In this document: positions 1-11,277 of the stretch, piece by piece
How the letters are laid out: each line of letters opens with the position of its first letter
How positions within the stretch are numbered: position 1 is the stretch's first letter
Source: Phoronis australis
Taxonomy: Eukaryota; Animalia; Phoronida
Direction: 5' to 3'
Assembly: GCA_002633005.1 (NCBI GenBank)
Contig: NMRA01000113.1
Location: 134,797 to 198,796 of the forward strand
Length of the DNA stretch: 64,000 nt
The notes under the pieces: model-generated
Told to the model about the DNA's origin: nothing
Databases searched by the model: none
Seen by the model: only the letters and a program-made list of their open reading frames with translations
Translations under genes and position numbers: made by a program

Positions 1-290
<290 letters not shown>

Positions 291-394
291 TTACACTGTG
301 AGCATCGCAATTGGAAATCAACTTAAAATATCGTTCACAGGATGGCTTGCTAGTTATGAGAAAATAGTCAAATGCAATCCAGTTAATAGATATT

Positions 395-600
395 AAGATT
401 GCATCCAAAAATAAAATGACCACTAGGGGCGCTGCAATAGTTGGATCCATCCAATACAGGATGCCAGTCCTGCTCACCTTAATAGAAACCCATTTGCCAC
501 GATCATTCTTCAACGGGTTTATAAGACAGAAGCGGATACCCAAAGTAAACCATAAACTTAAAAAAAATTTCCACTAGGGGACAGAACAGAAGTATGAAAA
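395..600 (-). repeat. Old HINE-family subunit remnants (also ~1320-1530 and ~48020-48330)
   Basis: CCACTAGGGGCGCTG at 420 and CCACTAGGGGACAG at 571, ~150 bp apart, each preceded by an A-tract as in the intact subunits. Confidence 0.5.
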
Positions 601-2387
601 TGGGTAAGTGCTGCTCTGTCCAGGGTAGAGTTCAGTAATGATAGGACGTCGGAAAATCTAGCCAAAATCACGTGTTCTCATTTAAAGTACATGGCAATAT
701 CTAACGTAATCTCGGGAAGTCTTGCTTTTAGCAAGGTCCTAACGTTACTGAACTATACTCTCAATAAAATCTTCTGTGCCAAAGTTTAAGAAGGTTCTTC
801 ATTAAACATGGTAAGAATTGAGGCAAATGCAAACATTAAAACTGTCACTAGGATGCATAGAAACAGATGAAGCTGACCGAAAATTTATCCAACAACAGAA
901 ACACCATCGTTAAATTTCGTAACGAATCTTCAAACCGTTGGGCAGAAAAAGACTGATGAGTGATGTCAAAAACTGAGCCAGAACACTGAAATTGCCAATA
1001 AGGGGCGCACGGCATATAGGAGCTGTGTGTATATATATTGAGAGATAGGCACAAAAAACTAAAGCTGTCATAAGAGGTACAGCAGGATTTGAGAAGCAAT
1101 ATCAACCCTTCTCATGTCAGTTAGAACCCATCACTCAAATTTCATAATGATCTTTCACTGAACTTGACAGTGCAAAAAAAATAACTGCTACCAGGAAGCA
1201 TAGAGGTATTTTGAACTTGTTTGAAAGTAAATGAGTCGTATTAATAGGAATCCCTCAAATTTCATAATGATCATTCAAACAATTTGACAGATAGAAGAGT
1301 GGTTGCCAAAAATGAAACCGAAAAATAAAACTTCCACTAGTAGGTGCAACAGTAGTGACTCAAACATCTCTGGAACACATAATGCCAAATTACGTAAGAG
1401 TGACTTGGTACACTAGAGGCAGATGTAAAAACTTATAATTGCCACTAGGTTGCTCATCAGTAGTGGGATCTGTTGCAGAGTCATCACCAACTGTTGTCAC
1501 ACATGCCAAACTACATGAAACTACGTCTTGAATAAGCGCTAGTCTTTAATTAGCATTGGGGATATAAGTTCAGTACAAAATTAACACCAGGTCTTGAATA
1601 ATACCTAGGATTTCATTACGACATCACAAGTAGCTTGAAAGCTTTCCGACAGTCTTTTAGCCAACAGCAGAATGAGCTCAATGTGTTGTAATAAATATGG
1701 GGAAGGGTCCTCAGCTCATTGTGAAATAAGTGCCCGGGGCACTTAATCCAGTGGGTAGACATCATTATACATGGTATTAATTAACTGGACTCAGGTCATG
1801 AATGATTCCAAAGTGGGCACACCCACTGCCTGGTCTGGGAGACCATTCCAGAGAAAGGAAGAAGGAAGGTCTCGGTGTGGATCCTGTGATAAATACGATT
1901 ACGGGAAAGAAGAAATGTAGAGTCTGAAGGGGAGAAAATTTGAAACTGAAGATGGCAAACTACATCTATACTGTATATTACCATAAAATCTCGTCAATTT
2001 AGGACACAGAATAGCAGACAGGTGAAATTTTTAAATGATACACAGTACCAAAGTGATGCTCTGTTATGTCCAAGTTGTGTACCATAGCTACCAACAGACA
2101 ATATTTCTGAAAAATGAAGAAAGCACTTTTTTGGCAGTTTTTTGGTCCAAAATTTGTGTGATTTTACCATAAGACAGGTGTGACTGGCATGTATTTAGCT
2201 ACGAAGGTACAAAAACGGACAGATTTAAACATAGATGTAACAGAAAACTGTAAAAGTGCTGCAAGCAGCCCACAGAGGACTCTTGAAGATAGGATTCCAA
2301 TATCACCAATTAAATTTGGCTGGGAACATGAGGTACCACATCTGAAACAAACAGTTATATTAAAAGCTGAAGAGAACATGTACTCAC

Positions 2388-2439
2388 TGAAGAATCCTTG
2401 CTTTTTTATTAATCTTTTCTTGGATAAAATTTTCATAGC
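2388..2439 (-). CDS. CAMKK2: CaMKK exon containing the catalytic lysine (AMK)
   Basis: 52 nt, bounded by tttgcag| and |gtgagt. Encodes AMKILSKKRLIKKQGFF, comparable to AMKVLSKKKLIRQAGF in vertebrate CaMKK2. Confidence 0.95.
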
Positions 2440-2866
2440 CTGCAAAATAACAAAACATAGACATTAATCCATATACATTAGAAATTAATGCATGGATACA
2501 GATTCTGTTGTCTGAAGAAAAGATACAATTATAGAACTTGATAAAAAATCTAACAAGAATGAAATTCACAAGGTCGCATTTGAGGAATAGCCCTACCTGC
2601 AAAAATGCACACATTAAGGTCACGTGCCAACAAACGCACACAATACTGGTGAACAGGATTTCCAATCTTTTCAAATCATAAAAAGACAGTCATTTCTGCA
2701 TTAGCATCACCTAGTGACTATTGGGGTGAATGGTTTTTGAGCAAATTTATGGTGTTACCGAGTACACAAATATTATTGGAATCTTTGAACTTAAAAATGG
2801 AAAATGCAAGTCATTCATAAGTCAATTCTAATGTGCGCTACCAGATGACAAACCAGTAAACTAATA

Positions 2867-4690
2867 CCGTATTCGCCGTAATAACCGCCCATGCCCCAAC
2901 AAGCGCCCCCCCAAGCGTTTTCAGACTTGGCTGAAATAAGCGCCCAGTTTATGAACGTGTACATGCGAACAATGACGTACCTACAGTCCTAAAACTCGGC
3001 TACAGTAACGTCTTCAATTTATCAAAAATTTTTTACATGGGTCTTCCAGACCACCAGCGGCACTGCTACGTTTGTATTTAGCCGTGACTATACACTTCAA
3101 AGTAACGCAGCGCTTCAAAAAGAACGCAACGGCGTTGCTACTCTCGCGACAACCGTGTCCCACTATGGTCTGACCTTTCAGTACAGAAACATCAACTGTC
3201 TCAGGAATAAAAATAACTCGGTGTTAAACGCACGTGGCCAGGAAGCGTGCGCTACATATATGAACCCATCATCAAAGACATTAGTCAGGAACTATCCATT
3301 CATGAAACAGGTAGCATAGCATCGGTAAGAAATGAATATTGGGACTAATTTCCGGCAATTTCTGATACTACAAAACATGTTTGAGTCATTTTTTAGATGG
3401 ATTGTTTGATTAACCATAATTGGTGTTTTTAAGCCGAATATCCGACAAAATGACAACTGACAGTGACTGCTTACACACCCTTACACCGAAAAAAAACTGT
3501 CAGATAGTTACGTACCCATCCAGCTACACGGCGACTAATATGGGCCTTACCGAGACAAATGTCGAACGTTTTAGCACATGAGACTGGCAAGTGCTGAATG
3601 AAACACGCACTGGTTTAGGCCAACTGCTTGTGCAAATTTCTTTAGACACAATGCACATCTAGCTCGTTAGATTGCATGGCTCTGGCCAAAAGACGGTCTC
3701 TGCTTTGGCAAATGAACTCTGGTGACACGCACGCGCTCGCTTACTCACAAATGCAGACGAACTTCAAAACAAACGTCACGTGACAACAACATGTGTGTTG
3801 TCCAGACATTTTTCTCATCACGTTGCCGATCACACATGTAGACGGCACGATGTTACACAGATTTGTACTTAAACCTGCCGTTAATCCAGACTCCATGGGA
3901 ACTTAAAAAAAATCTTAGGGATGCTCCTTAGAAAACTTAATGAGGATTTCAGGTAATTTGCTCGAGTCGAAACTATTTTTATTCAAGCATTGAAGTCGCC
4001 ATATCGAAGACAGCGATTTCAAGACAGTCAGTCGGCGAGTTTTCGACCTGGGATTTCAGCACAATTTTCTGTAAAATGATCGTAATTTAGCAGCAATGTT
4101 TGATAGCAATGCACCACAGTTTTGTTGAAAGTCTTTCATAGATTACAGATACGTCACAGAGTGTAAATTTGATGAATCTTAGCTTCCGATNCGGCGATAG
4201 TTGGGCATTTGCAAAGGCCAGGACGTTTTAAAATAAAAACATTTCGTAAACACGCAAGTTGATGTCAGGCGTGCATGTTCAATGTCACAGTCAGGAGTCG
4301 AACAGCACGGCCTATTTAAACCAGAGCACATGTTACGCTACAACGAAAAGTTGCAACCTTCGGTGTATTTCCTATTTGTATTTTCATCCGAAATTTTAGT
4401 TATGCGGAACTCGGTGATTCTTTTCATAGCTAAAGCGCCAAACACAAGCTAAACGCAAGACAATCGAGTAACGGTCGTGACATCGTCAAGACAAGGTAAA
4501 AATTACAAACCCGTTATACCGATTCTCGGACTCAAGCCTTATACAGTAGTAATCATCCGTTGAATGCTTTAGTGACACGGGAATATGTGTCGATCCCAAA
4601 TTACCGTTTCTAAAATTTTCCTTGTCCGAAAGTCGTGGGACAAAATTCCGATGTTTATGACAATGTCCGAAATTCGAGGATCTTTGAAAA
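2867..4690. mobile_element. CpG-rich non-autonomous DNA transposon fragment with a pogo/Tigger-like left end
   Basis: Starts TA|CCGTATTCGCCGTAATAACCGCCC with repeated AAGCGCCC subterminal motifs. Related ends occur at 51056 and 54909. No right TIR was found. Confidence 0.45.
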
Positions 4691-4699
4691 ACAGTTTTT

Positions 4700-6603
4700 G
4701 GACCTTGTACGAATTTTGTGGTCTATGAAAAACTCCTAAAGTCGTCATCGTCCATTGTCAACATCACATAAATACACTTGCTAAATTTAGTAAAGATCCT
4801 ACAAACGGTTTGGGAGATACAGCCATGGGCGCAAAAAAAAACTGCCACTACGAGGCGCCACAGTAATCAAAGTCATGGAAATTCAGCGTCAACCGTCCTC
4901 TTCATAGTAAGAACATACATGCCAATTTTCACAATCATACTTATAGCGGTTTGGTTGATAGAGGGGTGGACGCCAAAAACAGACTAAAAAACAGTAAAAA
5001 TGGCCACTGGGTGTCGCAAACTAGGTCAAGTCCATCCGAAAATGGGAAGATAGCGTCATCGCACTAATAGGTGCCTACATACCAAATTTCATGAAAATCC
5101 GTTAAGGACTTGTGAAGATACAGAGGTAAACGTAAAAAAATAAAATTGCCACTGGGGGGCACACTGGTAAGCGGATCCGTCCAAAAGTCGTCATCGTCTT
5201 TTGTTAACATAATATAAATACACTTATTAAATTTCGTAAAGATCCTGCGAACGGTTTAGGAGATATAGCCATAGGCGCAAAAAACAAAACTGCCACTAGG
5301 AGGCGCCACAGTAGTCCAAATCGTCTGAAAATCATTGTCAACCGTCCTCTTCATAGTAAGAACATACATGCCAATTTTCACAATCATACTTATAGCGGTT
5401 TGGTTGATAGAGGGGTGGACGCCAAAAACAGACTCAAAAACAGTAAAAATGGCCACTGGGTGTCGCAAACTAGGTCGAGTCCATCCGAAAATGGGAAGAT
5501 AGCGTCATCGCACTAATAGGTGCCTATATACCAAATTTCATGAAAATCCGCTAAGGACTTGTGAACATACAGAGGTAAACGTAAAAAAATAAAATTGCCA
5601 CAAGGGGGCACACTGGTAAGCGGATCCGTCCAAAAGTCGTCATCGTCTGTTGTTAACATAACATAAATACACTTATTAAATTTCGTTAAGATCCTGCAAA
5701 CGGTTTAGGAGATATAGCCATAGGCGCAAAAAAACAAAACTGCCACTAGGAGGCGCCACAGTAGTCCAAATCGTCTGAAAATCATCGTCAACCGTCCTCT
5801 ACTTAGTAAGCATATACATGCCAATTTTCACAATCATCCTTCGAGCGGTTTGGTTGATAGAGGGGTGGACGCACAAAAACAGACTCGAAAACACTAAAAA
5901 TGGCCACTAGGTGGCGCAAACTATGTCGAATCCATCTAAAAACGGGAGGATAGCGTCATCTCACTAATAGGTGCCTACATACCAAATTTCATGAAAATCC
6001 GTTCAGGACTTTTGAAGATACAAAGGTAAGCGTAAAAAACTAAAATTGCCACTAGGGGGCACACCAGTAGTCGGATCCGTCCAAAAGTTACCACATGCCG
6101 TCCCATTCATGAATGGAACATATGTGCCAAATTTCATGAACGTATGTCAAAGGGTTTTGGAGATAAAGCAGCGGACGCCAGACGCCGGACGGACGCCGCC
6201 CGGACAGACGGAGATGACGGCATAATGCGCCCACATATAAATATGTGGGCACATAAAAATGGCAACTAGATGGCACAAAATGCTTCAAATCCATCCAAAG
6301 ACGAGAGGATAGCGTCAGCTCATTAACAGATGCCTAAGTGTCAAATTAAATGAAAATCGGTCAAGGACTGAAGATACAGAAGGTAAACTTAAAAAACTAA
6401 AATTGCCACTAGGGGGCACAGCGGAATTCCGGTCACTCCAAAACCCATCACCCACTGTCATCAACTCCATAGGAACACACCTGCCAAATTTCAGTAAGAT
6501 ACTGCGAGGGGTTTAGGAGATATAGCCATGGACGCGGACGCCCAGACAGAGATGACAGCAATATGCACCCACATCATGACACAAATATGTGGGCGCATAA
6601 AAA
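4700..6603 (-). mobile_element. Non-autonomous Helentron-type element(s) (HINE/DINE-1-like) with an internal ~450-bp higher-order tandem repeat carrying CTCF-type motifs
   Basis: About three units of 448-451 bp, each made of three ~150-bp subunits. These are followed by a (GGAC/AGAC)n microsatellite, a palindrome ATGCGCCCACATATAAATATGTGGGCACAT and an A-run at ~6225-6259. A second shorter copy ends at ~6603. The left boundary is approximate. Confidence 0.8.
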
Positions 6604-7586
6604 ATGACCACATAATGGGAGCTCCACAGCAGGATACAAATGTCACAACAAAGCAAGATCTGAATAAATGAACATTTGTCAAATGTCAAATTTTGATTTA
6701 GATGTCCGCTTGTTTACACATCTGAGAGAATGATTTGTTAAACAAAAATTTGAAACTGATGTTCATTCATTCCTGGACTTCTCAAGTTATACACAGGGCT
6801 CTACCAAGCTCATGTGCGTTTTACACATTCACTGATCTAATGAGGTATAGCTTCTTTAATGAAGCAGACTTTCATGACTGCAGTGATCAATCCTTTGACA
6901 TCTGCGGTAAGCCACAGGCTAAGCCCTGAAGCAATAACTGATCAACCATTTGCAGTTCTAATGAAAACACCCATTCAAGCATTAAATTATTAAATTTCTG
7001 TCAGCTACAAAATCTTCAGACATTTATTTCAGGCTGAGAATGTAAAATACTTTGATCTTGACTTCATCGCTTTCCATCAGAGCTAGTTTATGTAAGATCA
7101 TCAATAGTCAACCCTAAATTAGTGTCAGTGTTAATTAGTTGTTTAATACATAAGGAAAGGTTTAAATGGTTGATGAGACTACCCGACTGTTAATTTGATC
7201 AAAATGCCAATGAACATTATATTCATCTGTACAGCAGTACAAATTACACTACGACCTAATTTTGCTCTGAGTAAATACAGGTACTAACATCACCACAACT
7301 TTACACAACTATGGACAAAGGCAATATATGTATGTGTTTGTGCATGTGTGTGTACATGAGTAGGTATATCAAATCTTAAAACACTCAATTTTGAATACAA
7401 CAAAAGAAGTCTTCCTTCCAGAAAGCCAGGGCTGCACTCCATAGACCCAAGACAAATCACAAGAAGATCTACACAGTGTTCATGTGGCTGGCTCGTAATA
7501 CAAGGCGATATCTTACAGAGACTTCCATGATCCTATGTAACACAGCTCAGCTGGGCAATGACAAAAATTTAAAAAGCATTACTTAC

Positions 7587-7640
7587 GTAATGTGTGTCAT
7601 CCTCTTCACTATAGGCCAACTTTACTATACCATATGAACC
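7587..7640 (-). CDS. CAMKK2: CaMKK exon with the glycine-rich loop
   Basis: 54 nt, bounded by ttttctag| and |gtaagt. Encodes GSYGIVKLAYSEEDDTHY, phase 0 on both sides. Confidence 0.95.
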
Positions 7641-8124
7641 CTAGAAAAGCAACAAGTATGGTGGCGTAGTTCTAATAGAGGGATAAAACTCATATGACGT
7701 ATGTCCACTGCTTACGAAACAATGCAAAAATAGAATGAGTTCGCAACAAGTTAAAACGATTCTAAATGTTGTTGAAAAGACTTGTATGCAACAAACACTC
7801 CCAAATAATCAAAAAGTTTTACTGAAATGCCAGTTCTGGGCTTAACGCCCACTGCCTGATTTCTGATGTAGCGAGAAACAGATGCACACTTCCTGTAACT
7901 TTTGACCAGACACATCAATACTAAGTTCCAGAAAAGACAGACAAATGGTGCCGGGCGACTTACAGCACAAGAAATAGATCCATGAAAGAGTAGAAATCAG
8001 AAAATTCCGAATCCCTTGAGAAAGGTAAGCCGTAGTGGGAAATGGAAGACATGCCAAATAGCCAGTGATGAGACACATCCACATACCAAATTTCATTTTG
8101 TAAAGTAACAAACAACAAACCTAC

Positions 8125-8770
8125 CTTTCCAATCTCATCTTTCAACCTGTACTGATTCAGTGTTTTGTAGCCATCTGTCTCTGATATAGAAACACGTTGG
8201 GATTCTATCGTTGGCTTCCGTTGTAACCTTGGTGAATCCGATGGTGAGTTGTATGGAGAATATGGCAGTTTAGGAAATATTGGCCTCATTGGGTGAGCGC
8301 TAAGGTCCTCTGACTGGCTACAAACGATACGCGGAGCATGATTCATGCCTGTAATGTCACTGGATGTTGTCCGTATTGAGTTGCTAGGTGACGGACTCCG
8401 CCGACCAGCACTACTCATTGTGTTGTAGTTTGAACTCGGAGTCCTTACAGAAGATTCAACGTTTGTCGAGCCATCACTATTACCTGTGGGGCCAGGTACA
8501 AACAAGTGTCCCGAGGCATCAACCACAGAGACACGACTTTTACTCAAGTCTTCCTCTTCAATCTGAATGTGTCCATTTTGGTCCTCCGTGGGCACTGACG
8601 AGCGTCCGGAATCGTTGGTTAAATTAGATGATTTTCTGTTAAGTTTCTTGGAAACAGGCTCCTGTCGGCCAACCGAGTCTATCAACATTGTGGCAACAGG
8701 TGGCGTGGTGTGATCTCGCATATTCGGTCCTTCGTCGGACTGTTCTTTACTGGAGTCAAAGTGGCTCTGT
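8125..8770 (-). CDS. CAMKK2: CaMKK large N-terminal exon: Ser/Pro-rich regulatory region and start of kinase domain
   Basis: Part of ORF 7960..8721. Ends LPYSPYNSPSDSPRLQRKPTIESQRVSISETDGYKTLNQYRLKDEIGK|gtaggt. The frame is open from the acceptor ttttgttgcag| (8771) with an in-frame ATG at 8721. The 5' boundary is less certain than the 3' boundary. Confidence 0.9.
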
Positions 8771-10539
8771 CTGCAACAAAATGAAAATCATTGTTTAAGC
8801 ATATTGTTTGCCTGCCAGCACTATGAACGGTTAGAGGTGAAACTCCGGAACTAGCTCCGCCAACCACACCCTCCGGGTTAGCACCACGTACGACGGTAAC
8901 ATAACAATTAGCAACTGGTGGACAAGTAAACTGCAATGCAGTGTTTCAACATTCTGTTCAAGAAAAAGCTCTACTTGAGATATCAGGATTGTTTGCTGAG
9001 TCGATTACACCATCACCATTACAACTAAAATCTTTCTTTTGTTAATTACCAGGCTCAGTATTTTGTCCCCGGAACACCAATTATCTACCACCCTGAATGA
9101 ATACATTAATGTAAATACCAACCACTCAAAACTGTTGTCAACAAATAAGACTCATTACAGTGTTTTGACCATTTTTCATCATATCTTCTGTGAAAGAAGG
9201 ATTTTAGACTAACTTTTCACGAAGAATTCAATTTCAGAAGCCAAACACGTTAAAAAATACCAGTTTCTGTCTGGAACATTTCAATTTATTTCAGCCAGTA
9301 TTTTAATGCTGTGAACACATCACTAATGCAATAACTGCCATGTACAACTCATTAGGAGCTTAGATCAACTTTGGTGATATCAAGTGTGGACAGCAACACC
9401 GCAATGCTTCAGTTGATGTAGAGAAGCATTGTCCAACTACAAGATACCACTGAACGGCCCGGTTTCCAAATGCACTCGCACAATATCAAAACCTGTGGTG
9501 CAGTCCGAAGACACAAGGCACTCATGAAGCACTCGTGGTAAGAAATCTTTACTATGCCACGGACACACAGAAGTTTATCCTACAATTCAACATTCCAACC
9601 TCACCACCCAACCACTTCAGCAGCCATCATTTTGCTAGCAAGGTCCAAGTTATACCCATGAAACACTCAGCTTTCACTCGAGTAATTTTACATGCTTTTA
9701 CGAGAGTATCTCATGTCTACGAATCGCACCTCTGATATACGGCTTGTCCCTGTCACAAATACAGAATTAACAGAGCGAGTAATTAATAGCAGAATAAAAT
9801 CGGTTGTTTTACAAGAACTGTAATTAATAAGCACCATGTTTCGCTTCATGAAAACAACAACTGCAGTATAGATCCTTAGAGCTGGAGACTCAGCAGTAAG
9901 GCCAATCGATAGCAGTAAAAAAAACAAGGGCAATGTAGATGAGGCAAGGATACAGCAGAAATGCACCAATGCACATAACACGCACTATACCAGTCCTGAG
10001 TGGCACCTTCCAATTTTATTACTATAGTTAAAACATCAAGGTTGATGTCACTAAAATTTAGAGTTTAGAAAGCCTTAACATATTGGCTCGTTTTACCTTC
10101 TGTTTTACCGCAATGTATGTGCAAAATTTAAGAATTCAAACACCCCACTAATCTTAATAGCTTCCTAGCTGAGCACGCCTGAACATTGATAGAATTTGTC
10201 TACTAAGAAACATGAGAAAACTAAATGGAAAAAATTAGATTTAGTGCTCTAGAAAAAAGACCTTTGCACAATTCAGTCATGGTTAGGCCATAACAAGTCT
10301 TTCACCCACCTATGTGTTAGCACATTACTACAGTGCCTGTCCATCCTGGTGAATTAGAACATGATGGTGATGGTATCTACCTTATATCAGGTGATACTGT
10401 GAGCCCCCGCATAAGGAAATTAGTGTGAAAGGACACGGGCAATAACAAAATGATGTCTCAATTCTGAAGATACAAAACTTCAGGTGTTAAGCTAATTTAC
10501 AGAATGCAGCAGCAACATTAAACAATGTTGTGCAAGAAC

Positions 10540-11277
10540 GTCCCTTTAACATCACCGTATCCCACGCACGTTGAATCTGTCGAGGGAAATACGGCCATGT
10601 AATAAAATTTTCCGTATTCACCTCCCGCACTACTTCAACTCTGACACGCAAAGTTCAAAAGGTAGGTCAATGTCGACTCGACGTCGTTAGCCAGTTCGAC
10701 CACCAAACTTTCAGAAAATAGTTTAAATAATACAATTATAGCAGTGTAAATAACGCTCAACATACAATCAGGTCTCAATCGTAACATCTGGAACAAGACT
10801 GTTAGTTATATGACAGTTCTGTCTCATTTTTCATTTGTTAAATATTTTATCATCTGAAACTCAGGCGCCATTTCTCGGTGACTACACTATCAAATATTGT
10901 TGTTATTACTTTTTTAACTATTTTCAGGAAATATTACAAGTTCAAGGAAACGTTACCCTTGTTTTCATCTTTGTAATCTCTTCTCAAGTAATAAATCATC
11001 ACATTTAAAACTGTTTCCTTTACTAGAGAAAACTTGCAGCCTTACGCGCGAGTACACACATATAGGATGTGATCCACCACGTGAACAGTCTGAGTGAAGT
11101 ATTTAATAATCTGCGGAAAAAATGAAAGAAACTTAGGAATTCGAAGCGTATGGGATAAATACATAACGTACCTCGATTGGCGTACATGAAGTCAGTAATA
11201 TCCTACTCGACATTATTCCGCGTATCGTGGGATATTACTTCATGTATGCCACTCTCGGTATGTTTTGTGTATATATC
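10540..11277. mobile_element. Inverted-repeat element ending in a ~120-bp imperfect hairpin (11157-11277)
   Basis: ACATAACGTACCTCGATTGGCGTACATGAAGT..AATATCC pairs with GGATATTACTTCATGTATGCCACTCTCGGTATGTTTTGT. The loop is the reverse complement of ~10559-10587. Confidence 0.5.

Noticed and set aside
4700-6260. Regularly spaced repeats as a CRISPR-like array
   Set aside because: The intervening sequences repeat with a 450-bp period instead of being unique spacers. The context is a eukaryotic intron with no cas genes.
7960-8124. C-terminal part of ORF 7960..8721 (VGLLFVTLQ...)
   Set aside because: It is intron read-through past the GT donor at 8124. The kinase continues in exon 7587-7640.
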